Shown: in pieces, positions 1 to 11,007 of the stretch
How the letters are laid out: every line of letters begins with the position of its first letter
How positions within the stretch are numbered: the first letter of the stretch is position 1
NCBI RefSeq assembly: GCF_001194135.2
Contig: NC_068981.1
Coordinates: 124,612,222-124,652,930, forward strand
Origin: Octopus bimaculoides
Taxonomy: Eukaryota
Length of the DNA: 40,709 nt
Direction: 5' to 3'
Translations under genes and position numbers: made by a program
Notes under the pieces: model-generated
Seen by the model: only the letters and a program-made list of their open reading frames with translations
The model's database searches: none
Told to the model about the DNA's origin: nothing

Positions 1-30
1 TATATATATATATATATGTATGTATATATA
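1..30. repeat. (TA)n microsatellite
   Basis: Direct TA dinucleotide run at window start. Confidence 0.95.
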
Positions 31-65
31 TAATGAATAGTAATATATTAATCTACCTGTGAAAG

Positions 66-272
66 CATCGAGCTGGCAGAATCGTTAGCACCCCGGGTAA
101 AATGCTTATCGGTATTTCGTCTTCACGTTCTGGGTTCAAATTCTGTCAAGGCTAGCTTTGCTTTTCATCCTTTCGGGTTCAATAAGATAAATACTAGTCG
201 AGCACTGTGGACAATGTAATCATCTTACCTCCTCCCACGAAATTGCTGGCCTTACGTCAAAACTTGAAATCA
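66..272 (+). mobile_element. tRNA-derived SINE, family A (octopus-type; core ...GCCTTTCATCCTTTCGGGGTCGATAAA...)
   Basis: A-box-like GCTGGCAGAATCGTTAGC, B-box-like GGGTTCAAATTC, conserved core cttttcatcctttcgggttcaataag; many homologous copies elsewhere in window. Confidence 0.85.
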
Positions 273-486
273 ATATTTTAATCGGCCTGCTTTATTTCAA
301 GAAACGAAATGTAATAAGTACTTTGAGTTACACCATTTCATTATATGGAGTTAATATTTAAGAATCTTGAGGTACGTCTTTAAAATAGTCGCACAAGTTC
401 TACATAAAATATTTTAACGTTTATGTTTAATAATCATTTTCTTACTACTTATAATCCCCTCCTATATAATTATGGGTCAAATATAA

Positions 487-674
487 TTTTTCTACAATGC
501 CTGAAATTTGTGGGGAGGGGGCCAGTCGATTACATCGAACCCAGTGAATAGCTGATGCTTATTTTATCGCTCCTGCGAACGAAAGCATGAAATGCAAAGA
601 TAACACTTGAACTCAGAACGAAAGAAATGACGCGGTAATGACTTTTGTCTGGCGCTATGACGACTCCGCCAGCC
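487..674 (-). mobile_element. SINE family A, decayed
   Basis: Reverse complement gives ggctggcggagtcgtcatagc...gttctgagttcaag...ctttcgttcgcagg..., collinear with the 66-272 copy. Confidence 0.75.
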
Positions 675-835
675 TTATTTATGGTTCAAATATAATGATA
701 TATATATATGCGTTAACGTAGCAATGTGTAATGCCTTATATTAGAATAATATAAGTTGTTAGAGATACATACATACACATTGCTACACTAATGCATGTAT
801 ATATATATATATATCATTATATATATACATATATT

Positions 836-1794
836 TTATGTTCCATGTTCGTACCACTTCCTTGCTCTGTTCAGGCAGTACTTTTCACATAGCTTCCAGT
901 GGATGAACTTAGATATGTTATCGTACCTCTTTTTGCAGGGCTTTTGAGCCAGCTTGCTACACTCACTCACAATATGTGAGATTGTTTCGTTTCTGCTGCC
1001 ACACATCCTAAAAAGGGGTGATTTGCTATTCTTATCTATATGGAACTTGGTGTAATTAGTACTCAGAGTTTGTTCCTGGCTGCTGCATATCAATACCTCA
1101 GTGCATCCTTTCAGATCACTTTTTCTTAGCCATCTCCAAGTGTTGATCTTGTCTTTTCCTTTGATTTCTCTGAGGTATTACCCATGCAGTGGTTTCATTT
1201 CCAAGTTGTTAACTTTTTCTTCATCCTGTTTCTTAAATTTTGCGGGGTGCATCGCATTTTCGGTAGGTATTATATTGTAAATTCTAACAGCGTTAAGCAA
1301 GGATTCACTCTGCTGTTTTTTGTACTAACCCAAACTGTTCTAGTTGACAACGCAGATCTTGCATCCTATGAGACCTCTTCCACCTCTGTTTCTAGACACA
1401 TACAGTCTGTCAGTATCGCTTTTAGAGTGTAGCTCCTTGTTAATTGTCATCAATTTTCTAGTTTTTCTGTCCATTTCTTCAAGTTCGTTCTTTGTCTACC
1501 TAACACATGCGCCGTATCGCATTAAGGAAATAGCCCATGTGTTCATTGCCCTGATTTTGTTTTTTCCATTGAGTCTACTTCTCATAATTAACTTGGTTCT
1601 TCTGAGATATTCTCGCCCAAAACTTTCCTTCGTTTCATTTTTCTTGATTTTGTCGCAGATATTTATATCCATTAGTCTCAATACCTTTGAATTTCTTGCC
1701 GTTGGGTAGCTCTACACCATCAGACAACACTACTTTGCTTCTTTGTATTATAAGTATACCAAATTTTTTAGTACCAAATTCCATTCCAATATCC
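836..1794 (-). mobile_element. R4/Dong-like non-LTR retrotransposon fragment (post-RT region to CCHC), pseudogenised
   Basis: Minus-frame motifs KFGILIIQRSKVVLSDGVELPNG..YKYL, RSRLNGKNKIRAMNTWAISLMRYGA and CGSRNETISHIVSECSKLAQK..IHWKLCEKY; frameshifted; 5'-truncated end abuts (ATT)n. Confidence 0.85.
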
Positions 1795-1837
<43 letters not shown>

Positions 1838-1853
1838 CATTGTTATTATTATT
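1795..1853. repeat. (ATT)n microsatellite, Dong(-)/Tx1(+) junction
   Basis: Direct. Confidence 0.95.
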
Positions 1854-4093
1854 GACGCGATGACGAGATGCACATGGGACAATTCTCCGGGACTGGATAG
1901 TCTGTCCTTCGAGCGTTATCTTTTCGGAGATCTCTAGAGGGATGTCTACCAAAACTGGCAACAGAAGGGGAGAATACCCAGTGCTGTGAGTCGTGACGTG
2001 TTGGTGCTGCTGAGAAAGGACCCGAACAAGGGGGATCTAATAGATAATCTTAGGTCCATAATTCTACTGAACGCAAATTATAAGATTTTGGCCAGGGTGT
2101 TAGCCAAGAGGTTGGCGCCTGTTGTCGATAAACTGGTCGGTGATGCGCAGACATGCGCTATCCCGAAAAGATCTATCCACGACAACCTCCACCTCACGCG
2201 CTACATCATAAAGAGGGTAAGGAAGGTACCTAGCATGGGTGGAACCCTGATCAATTTGGATCATTCGAAAGCTTTTGACAGGGTCGATCATCAATACTTG
2301 GAGGCTGACTTCGCGGCGGCCGGTTTCGGTCCCGTTTTAAGGAGCTGGATCGCTGCAATGTACAGTGACATGTGTTCGGTGGTCAAAGTAAACAGCCACT
2401 ATCGGAATTGTTTAGCATCGCTCGTTCGGTCCGTCAAGGATTCCCACCCTCTCCCCTTCTGTACATGCTGGCTCTCAAACCATTATTAAAGAAGTTCGAT
2501 ATTTCGAGGGGCATCCCGCGTGATCTAGGATGCGGAAGGTTCGTGTCAGCATATAAGGACGACGTCACCGTAATAGTGATCGATAGTGATCGGCACTATC
2601 TTCAGGGAAGGTGACAGAAACAAATATTAATCAAGACAGTCGGTGGGCCTGCAGTTCGGCACCTGGAGAGGCAGGACCATGCCAGCCGACAGCGTAGTAA
2701 GGCGCTGGACGGAAGGACCGGTTAAATTGTTCGGGTTCTGGTTTGGTCCGAACCTCCAGATAGACAAGAATTAAGGGTAGGCGACGAGCAGGGTAGCCAA
2801 TTTCATTCAGAAATAGTCCGAGAGGAAGCTACTCATGAAAGGTTGGGCGGAGGTGGCGAATGCGTAAATCGCTTCCGTCATCTACTACTGCCTGACCGTC
2901 GTCCCTTGGCCTGCTTTGTGGCTGATCAAGCTGGAGCGTTTTGGTCTTCCACTTTCTGTGGAAGGGACGTGTTCCGCTCGCCAGACAGTCTATCTGCTAT
3001 CAACAACCTCTGAGTGGAGGATTGGGCATGCCGTGGCTAATGATGCGCAGACACGCGCTGAGGCTGCGACATCTCCAGTGTTTTTCGCAGCTCGTCTCAT
3101 TGACAGAGCTACAGTCTTGGTTCAAGCGTAGACCAAGAAAGGGCGCTTGGCACTTGGAGTGTCGGCAAACGCTCACAGCTTTCTGCCTGTCGGGCAACGC
3201 AGTCGGTGGAAGTTCTATTATGGAGTTCTACAGGGGATTAATGGATAGAAAGAGCAGCGACGTACTCGGAGAAACACTGGATATCGAGAGGGATCAACTA
3301 ACTCGTCGTTTCTGGAGGACTTTCGGGCCGTGGCCTATGCATAACTTACAGAAATCCCTGGCCTAGCAGAGCTACCGGGGAGCTCTGCCGGTTCGAGACA
3401 AGCTTTACAGACACGGTAGTGCTGTCAGACAGACCTGTCCGGGGTGTGCATAGGGCGACGAAACCGTCCTGTATGCACTCGTCCAGTGTACGTGCGTTAT
3501 TGAATTATGAAGCTTTGTCAAACAACTGTTACTGCGTGTAGGACGGATCCGGTTATCAGCTGATTCTATCGTGAGGATCGCTCCGCCGCTTCCCTTGGCC
3601 GGGAAGGAAGGGCAGTTTTCCTCTCTCTGGTGGCTATGGCGATGGAAGTAGTGTGGTAGACGAGATTGAAAGGAGTGAAGACAGATACTTTCCTCTTCGG
3701 CCGAGCCCTCATCGACTTTTTCAAGTTCCACCTGAAAAGGAAAGTGAGAGTAGAGAGGAAAGTTCTTCCCCAGTAAATTTGTTAAAAGGTGGGCGAATGT
3801 GGCGAGGATGGTCTGTGTGAGTGGGCCTACTCTGAACTTTCGATTGTAAACCGGATGAGTTTGAGAAGGAGCGAGGCGCCTGCTGAGGTGCATCTGGCGG
3901 TCGGGATAACCAGAATATGTTGGGTTCCTCAGTTGTCCTTGTGAGAAACTCCCTACCTTTTGGGGAGTTTTATTGTTTGTTTTGTTAATTTTTTTGTTAC
4001 TTATTGTATACACGTCATAGTTCAACACTCCATTTGTCTCTTGTATCGTCCCTATTTGTTTTGTGCTTGGCCCTTGAGGTCAATAAAAGAAAC
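1854..4093 (+). mobile_element. L1-clade Tx1-like LINE, 5'-truncated, pseudogenised RT plus C-terminal region and 3'UTR
   Basis: SPGLDSL, IILLNANYKILARVLAKRL, QTCAIPKRSIHDNLHL, INLDHSKAFDRVDHQYL, VRQGFPPSPLLY, YKDDVT (YADD), FLWKGRVP, FKFHLKRKVRVER; AATAAA at 4082-4087 then (ATT)n tail. Confidence 0.88.
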
Positions 4094-4108
4094 TATTATT
4101 ATTATTAC

Positions 4109-4139
<31 letters not shown>

Positions 4140-4157
4140 GTTATTATTATTATTATT
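4094..4157. repeat. (ATT)n microsatellite
   Basis: Direct. Confidence 0.95.
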
Positions 4158-4721
4158 GAGTGAGAGAGCAGTGCATGCCATCAAAATGACACTAGGGTAA
4201 AATATACGAAGCCCATTATACCCATCATGACTACCCGTCTGATAAGGGTACACCAGGCACATGCATCACAACCATATGTGCGCGACATGGTGATCTCATA
4301 TCAAGATAAACAGCGCATGACCTCGCAGGTGGGGCCCAGTTAGAATTTTCTTCAGGTCGGATAGCCCATCCCGCCCAAAAGGTCCCTGAATAAGGTTTGT
4401 TTAAGGATGTTGAGCAAAACACCCATTTTTTCTAAATTTCCAAAGGTGAATCATTCAAACCCCAAAGAATTCCTCTCAACACATGGCTATGATGCTCCCC
4501 CACTACTTCTGCTCATTATCAGAGATTCACATATCGTCAGCCACCAAGGGACATGTTCAACTGGTTAAGGTCAATCAACTGACAAGCAAATCTGTGGTAT
4601 TGAGCAGAATATTTGTTGTAGTCCATCTTATTATACCAAGACAAAACAATGTACATGATAACACTTCGAATCAATTAAGATCAGAAGCCATGAGAACCAC
4701 TGCCTGGTAAAGCATCCGGGA

Positions 4722-4723
<2 letters not shown>
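4158..4723 (-). mobile_element. ~570-bp non-coding interspersed repeat (NA570), bracketed by (ATT)n
   Basis: Homologous to 29210-29640 and 24680-24960; no ORF with transposon motifs. Strand inferred from ...gcactgctctctcactc-(AAT)n terminus. Confidence 0.8.

Positions 4724-4797
<74 letters not shown>
4724..4797. repeat. (ATT)n microsatellite
   Basis: Direct. Confidence 0.95.
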
Positions 4798-5048
4798 GTA
4801 GCACCTAGAATATGAGCTTAAAGAATGTGAGAGCGGAGAGATAAGAGGAGAAAAATAAGGGAGAGAGGAGATAATATGCGAAAAACGTGCTAATAGGAGG
4901 TCAGTTGTTAGAGTGACGAGAGAAGTGCATATATGTGTAGTGTCGGTGGAAATGCGGGGGTGCGTATGGCGAGACAGTCGTGAGTTAAACAATCGCTGAA
5001 GGACAATAACTAAGAGACGCAACGAATATAGGAGTGTTGTGAGTATTC

Positions 5049-5148
5049 AGACATACATACACACATGCATGTACACATGTACATATGTATGTATGGATGG
5101 ATGTATGTCCATGTACCTACGACACTCCTATATATCCGTGGCACCTTG

Positions 5149-5196
<48 letters not shown>
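5049..5196. repeat. Compound (CATA/CA/TGTA)n and (TA)n microsatellite
   Basis: Direct. Confidence 0.9.
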
Positions 5197-5200
<4 letters not shown>

Positions 5201-5367
5201 CTCCCTTCCTCCTTGTTTTAAAATAGTTACATATTGCGTGTTCGATTCTCTTTTTTTCCCCATCTGTGATTTTATTTTCGATCTTTTGTATAAATGAAGA
5301 TATTTCCTCCGTCTGGCTGTTTTCCTTTCTACACAACGATAAATTACATTGCGGGACTGTTGTTTTA

Positions 5368-5490
5368 ACGAGTTGTATCTATTTATCACCTGACGAGATA
5401 CATCTACACCGTCGGATGCTCCTGAAACAGTCGTTGAGTGTCCCACCTATGAGGGATCGATGCTAGATGTGTCGAAACAATACTCGTATA
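5368..5490 (+). ncRNA. Hammerhead-ribozyme-like motif (probably degenerate)
   Basis: CTGACGA 5390-5396; 10-bp stem II (5397-5406 with 5464-5473); GAAAC 5474-5478; possible stem III with upstream GTA. Stem I not evident. Confidence 0.35.
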
Positions 5491-6074
5491 TTCCATCTTC
5501 CGTCTTTCATTTGCCATATACATAACGATCACTGTATATATATAACGGAAAGGGAAGAATTTCGATTATCCCCACGTGGTGAGTTGTAATATATATATAA
5601 GACATTAAAGAAGGAAAATGCACACACTTTACATAGTTTTAATATAATTTTTAATATATCTTATATTGTGTTTGTCGACCGTTTCGCATTCGCTAATCAT
5701 GACATTAAAATTTATTTAAATACATATTTTTTTAAGAAAAATTTTCTGTCCATGTTGTGCGTGGAGTTTATGAATGAATGATTCAACAAGTAGAAAAATC
5801 TAAGGGGAGGTAATTGGTTATCGTTATTATTGTGGACATGGGAGATAATTGTTCATCTTTCGGTAGGTGGGGGGAATATATATATACACAAAAATTTACA
5901 AACTAAAGTAGTGGGGAGAAATACGTACAGTTATGGGTATGTAATCGTGAATTAAAATATGTATAGCGATCAAAGTTGGTTATGCGTGCATATTTAGACG
6001 TGTTCTGTATTTTTCAATGAATAAATTTTGTCCGATGTGCTAAGCATTCTGGCAGCTCGTCGCCTTGAAAGCTT

Positions 6075-6286
6075 GTATAATCCTTTCTACTAAAGGCTTG
6101 AAATTTGGGGGAGGGAAGTTTTCGATTACATCGACCCCAATGTTAAGCTGGCACTTATTTCATCGATCTCAAAAGGATGGAAAGCAAAGTCGACCTCGTC
6201 GGAATTTGAATTCAGGACGTAAAGACAGACGATATGCCGCTAAGCATTTTGCCGGGCGTGCTAACGATTCTACCAGATCGCCGCTT
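6075..6286 (-). mobile_element. SINE family A
   Basis: Reverse complement: gcggcgatctggtagaatcgttagcacgcccggcaaaatgcttagcgg...cctgaattcaaattccgacgaggtcgactttgctttccatccttttgagatcgatgaaataagtgcc. Confidence 0.85.
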
Positions 6287-6605
6287 TTGAAGGCTTATGT
6301 AATGAAATTGGACATTGGTACATCATCAATCATGTCTCTACTGACTGACAACAGATTTTCCAAACATTTTAATCCTGATAAATATTTTTAAAGTGTTCAA
6401 AATATAAGTATTGTATTTACTTTAGATATTTAATTTCCAAAAAACAAGAAAATACAATTACGACCGCTCTAAACACCCAGTATCCTTGGTATTTTCTAAC
6501 CCTTTATGAGCTTATAAAGCCTTTGGGAGGAGAGCTACTGAACTGTTTAAAAAGTACTGATTTAGAAGTTTGTTTTCACAGTGAAGCAACGCTAACAGCG
6601 TAACT

Positions 6606-6755
6606 AAACAGGAATTGCTGTATGGTTAAGAAGTCAGCTTCAATTCCCCTGCAAAGCACTTTGGGCTAGGCAAGGACCTTCTACCGTAGACTCCGGTCAA
6701 CCAAAGTCTAGTGTGTGAAATCTGGCAAACGGAAATTGTGAGGAGGCCCGTCAAT
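6606..6755 (+). mobile_element. Decayed head of SINE family B
   Basis: Partial match to 8518-8680 (gctgtatggttaagaag...ctttgggc...caaccaaag...ggaaattg..ggaggcccgtc). Confidence 0.6.
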
Positions 6756-6769
6756 TGAACTGTTTCCAT

Positions 6770-6960
6770 ACTTGGATAATAGAATACGTCACTCGGTTTA
6801 ACACTGCCATCTGGCCTTTAGGTGCCTTTGAATTCACTCTGTTTTAAGTATTTCACTCAAATCTTCGGTTGGATGATAACTTCTACTCTCTATTTTCCAC
6901 TAGTCTTGAAAGTCCTGATACAAAAAATCACGTGAGTTGCTCTTTCTCTTCTCTCTAAAT
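6770..6960 (-). mobile_element. Very decayed R4/Dong-like fragment
   Basis: Minus frames give ILKTE*/NSK and AVLNRVTYSII, resembling the LKxELN..AVPVVTYS region; multiple stops. Confidence 0.3.
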
Positions 6961-7427
6961 CATGTAAAAAATATTGGTAGAGTACAAATTTGATTTGTAG
7001 AGTTTGTGTATACCCTAAAGGATACTACATTATCAACACCTTCGTGAGTTATTTGGGAGGTGTCGATTCAAAGATCAAATGATGCCCTAACTGAAGTGAG
7101 CGAATTGTATGCTGTATGTAGATAGTGAGTGTATGGTGGTGTAAACAGCGAAACAGGAGGAAAATAAGAATGTTTAAATTGATATAAATATCTTTGAATA
7201 AATGAGAAATGACTGGGCCCATGAGTTTCCCTCCCTACCATATTCGCAGGTTTCTTGCCTTATAAAAAATCTTAACTCAAAGAAAAACATCAGTGAGTCA
7301 CACTAAAACAATTTCAATTTAGTATTTTCTTACTGTAATTCCAACTATTGTGAATCCCCTCTGAGGTTAACTTTTCCTGCCATCATTATGTTCAATAAAA
7401 TCAATTAAAAGTATGCAGTTGTAATCA

Positions 7428-7470
7428 GTTATAATCCAGTACTAATAAGTTATAATCCAGTACTAATAAT
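7428..7470. repeat. Tandem duplication of 21-bp GTTATAATCCAGTACTAATAA
   Basis: Two adjacent copies seen. Confidence 0.85.
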
Positions 7471-8241
7471 GTTGTTCGTTGTCTGAATAAATAAGTCAAT
7501 ATTTTATCATAGTCACGGTAAGAAGCTATTCTCTATCATTGGACTTCAATAAATTCTTATAGTTAACGCTACTCGTTTCTTTTGTCACGAGTAGGTTTAT
7601 AGAAGAAATTGCAAAAAACATTTTATAAAATTCAAGAGAATATATTAGTTTCTTTTTCATCTGCATACAAAGACCCCTTTCTATCAAGCCCCAAGTCAGT
7701 ATTGAATGAATAGACCTTTGTAATGTATTTTATAGGAAGGGTAATGCTATGTATAATCAGGTTTTTTCTAAAACCATTAGTGGCGTAAGCAAAAATAAAA
7801 TAGCTTTCAATCGGTGATTGAAAACGTATTGGGCCGATTTTTCTTGGTGCTCAATATAAAATGCAACGCTGTTGCATGAAATTTATTTATTTTATTCCAT
7901 GTCTTTCATCTTCGGAAATTCCAAATCTAGATAATAACAGATATGCTGCTATCTTATTTTTTCTCCTCTGCCTACCATTTTAATATTTTTAGTCAGTGTG
8001 ATCTGAACCGACTAAAAATATGTTTGGTTTTTCATTATTGTACAGGTCAACTAATCAAATGTTTGTGCATTTGAAAAGAAAACTAGGCCTATGGCTGATA
8101 TGTCAATCACAGCAAAAGAAAATATTTCTTTTGTTCAGACAGACACCCACGGAATAACTTGTTCTCTGTAAAATGAGTAACTCAGGTAACTTCTTTACAA
8201 GTTAAAAAATGTGGTGTTCAATGAAGTTTATCTAAGTTTAC

Positions 8242-8323
8242 CGTGAATCATGCTCGAATGAGTAGGAGTTGACTATGCAATCAAATTAGGTTAAATCATA
8301 GTAGATCTGATGCATTCTACTTT
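8242..8323 (-). other. Candidate exon D of unidentified minus-strand transcript
   Basis: Acceptor tttcgttttttttttAG; possible donor cacg|GTAAAC; all frames contain stops, so terminal or non-coding if real. Confidence 0.25.
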
Positions 8324-8339
8324 CTAAAAAAAAAACGAA

Positions 8340-8410
8340 ATATATAATATATAATATATATAATATATATATAATATATATATAATATATATAAAATATT
8401 ATATATAATA
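8340..8410. repeat. AT-rich (TATAA/TA)n low-complexity tract
   Basis: Direct. Confidence 0.85.
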
Positions 8411-8517
8411 ACCAGAACCTTAATCTTCAACTCAAATTCTTATTAGCTTTGAAAAAAAAATTCCGGATTCTGTTCTTAAGGTTCATTCTTAAGTTTGCTC
8501 TTTAAAAAAACATAAAC

Positions 8518-8945
8518 ATAGGCGTAGGAGTGGCTGTGTGGTAAGTGGCTTGCTTACGAACCGCATGGTTCCGAGTTCAGTCTCACTGCGTGGCACCTTG
8601 GGCAAGTGTCTTCTACTATAGCCTCGGGCCGACCAAAGCCTTGTGAGTGGATTTGGTAGACGAAAACTGAAAGAAGCCCGTCGTATGTATGTATATCTAT
8701 ATGTATGTATGTGTGTGTATATGTTTGTGTGTCTGTGTTTGCCCCCCCCCCCCAACATCGCTTGACAACCAATGCTGGTGTGTTTACGTTCCCATAACTT
8801 AGCGGTTCGGCAAAAGAGATCGATAGAATAAGTACTAGGCTTACAAAGAATAAGTCCTGAGGTCGATTTGCTCAACTAAAGGCGTTGCTCCAGTATGGCC
8901 ACAGTCAAATGACTGAAACAAGTAAGAGAGTAAGAGTAAAAGAGT
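8518..8945 (+). mobile_element. Composite tRNA-derived SINE family B with internal (TG/TA)n and (AAGAGT)n-like tail
   Basis: ggcgtaggagtggctgtgtggtaag..ggttccgagttcagtc (A/B-box-like), tggcaccttgggcaagtgtcttctactatagcc (CORE-like), internal microsatellite, second arm ending aagtaagagagtaagagtaaaagag. Confidence 0.85.
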
Positions 8946-9174
8946 ATTCAAAAATGGATGAATTGCGTTCTTCGATAACGAAAAACACCAACGATCAGAT
9001 ATTCACGTTTGAATCTACTACAGCGTATTGAGAAATGAAGAGATAGGTTATTGTTAGATATAGAATATCTTGCTGAAAAAGAAAATAAAACTCGGACGCA
9101 TTCCATTCCCAAGATGGACCTTAAACTTTCATTCTCCCTCATAGAGCTACGCAAGAGTAGAATGGATAACTTAC

Positions 9175-9225
9175 CTCCGTTTTGCCAAGGTTACAAGTGC
9201 TTCCCTTGTTACATCTAAGCAAATC
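9175..9225 (-). other. Candidate 51-nt exon C of unidentified minus-strand transcript
   Basis: Acceptor ttttacgtatctccCAG|G; consensus donor GAG|GTAAGT; open as DLLRCNKGSTCNLGKTE or ICLDVTREALVTLAKR. No homology recognised. Confidence 0.35.
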
Positions 9226-9464
9226 CTGGGAGATACGTAAAATTAATGTTCTTTATAGGAAAAGGCAAGGTGCATGACACCATGTGTGCCATCTCAGAAT
9301 CAGAAGATAGAGTTACATTGCAAACCTAAAGTATACATGACACACCTGGACCAACACCCCCACACCACTCCTACAAACTCAAATACTCCCACAATATTTA
9401 TGAAGAAAAAATACAAAGGTCGCTTCCTGGGACATTTGGGAGATATCGAACCCTAGTTCATAGA

Positions 9465-10150
9465 CATTCATACTGAGCCCTCTGTCTGTCATTAATGACC
9501 ACAGATAAAAGTCCTAGTTCTCCGCCCCACTTGAACAGCATTGTCTGTGGCTGAACAGTCCAAGGCGCGAATGACAGTCTCTACCACACAAGCTGCACTT
9601 GTGGATTGTTCCAATGCTGTTTGAGTTGAGGCGATGACTTATAACCGGTAACTGTTGCTCTCCATATTGTATTTACGTCGTAGTCGAGGCCGGAGTGTCC
9701 TCTTCGGTGTCTTGTCCGATTCTATCTCTTCAGTAGATATTGGATAGGATCCATGCCTGAGCAGTAGGGTATGGAGGTCAGGTCGTTGGCCATACAGCGT
9801 GACCTCACTCTTCGTCATAGATGGATACAAAGAAACAACACTGCCGTTACAAACTGACAAAGAGCTGTCTTAGAATTTTCTTGAACAATGTTGTAGACAA
9901 CGTTGAACCGTCTGAGAGGCTCCGGTTTCCGATTTTTTCTCAGGGTTTACTCCCGAAGCCATGGCTGGGTATAGCCGCAGGATTAGCGGAAGTTTAGAAT
10001 CAGGTTTTTCCTTCCCATAGATAGTTTGCTCCCACGTCTAGGCTAACGAGCTCCATCTGCCCAATTGACATGCTAAATAACTAGTAGCTAGGACCCTAAC
10101 CTTTGCTACTTCTCAGGGTCAGAGTAGATCTGAGAACAATACTGGCTAAA
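9465..10150 (-). mobile_element. RTE-clade LINE derivative (5'UTR-like segment joined to last ~400 bp)
   Basis: Minus frame CSLCGRDCHSRLGLFSHRQCC (RTE C-terminal zinc finger) and RPRLRR; 9900-10080 resembles an RTE 5'UTR (gggcagatggagctcgttagcc...ggaaggaaaaacctg). Confidence 0.65.
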
Positions 10151-10623
10151 AGATGGTTCCTCAAAACTCTGTAACTCGTGAATCAGAACCCCACTACTAG
10201 ACGCAGTTAAATGCTGTACCCAGAGCAATAGTCACTTACGTAATACAATATGAGAAGGTGTTCAGTGCAGATTGGCAGAACAGTTTTAAAAAATACGAAG
10301 ACAAGAGCCGAAATAAGCAATCGAAACAGTCATTGAAAAAATGTAAAGAGAGATACAAGTACCGCGAAGAGGCGATGCTCACTAGTGCAGGAGTCATCAT
10401 AGCCGGACTTATAGGGGAAAGTGACAATTTCCCCAAAATATTGAAGGCCTCCTGCCACGGCTACTGGGCCCTCTACACCGGGGGCTCATCCTTCCCAATA
10501 AGCTGGCATGAAGAAAGCCTTCCCTATGTACTTCTTTAAAAAATCTACTTAAAGGAACCTTAAAACAATGTCATATTTTCTCTTCTTTAGCGACACTAGT
10601 AACTCAAACCTAAAGTAGCTACT

Positions 10624-11007
10624 TATTGGCACTCAGTCGCTTACGACGTCGAGGGTTCCAGTTGATCCGATCAACGGAACAGCCTGCTCGTGAAATTAAC
10701 GTGCAAGTAGCTGAGCACTCTGCAGACACGTGTACCCTTAACGTAGTTCTCGGGGATATTCAGCGTGACACAGAATGTGACAAGGCTGACCCTTTGAATT
10801 ACAGGAACAACAGAAACAGGAAGTAAGAGTGAGAGAAAGTTGTGGTGAAAAAGTACAGCAGGGTTCGCCACCATACCCTGCCGGAGCCTCGTGGAGCTTC
10901 AGGTGTTTTCGCTCAATAAACACTCACAACGCCCGGTCTGGGAATCGAAACCGCGATCCTATGACTGCGAGTCCGCTGCCCTAACTACTGGGCCATTGCG
11001 CCTCCAC
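10624..11007 (-). mobile_element. Well-preserved tRNA-derived SINE family C
   Basis: Minus-strand head gtggaggcgcaatggcccagtagttagggcagcggactcgcagtcataggatcgcggtttcgattcccagacc with clear A and B boxes, followed by a non-tRNA body; not a tRNA gene. Confidence 0.85.

Noticed and set aside
3405-4028. 207-aa minus ORF
   Set aside because: Antisense shadow of the Tx1 LINE.
4525-4545. CTGACGA in NA570 (minus)
   Set aside because: No downstream stem II-GAAA in this copy.
10258-10539. 93-aa ORF
   Set aside because: No recognisable motif, non-ATG start, sits between repeats; unassigned.
10925-11007. tRNA gene
   Set aside because: tRNA-like head runs into a 300-bp SINE body; no clean acceptor stem or terminator.
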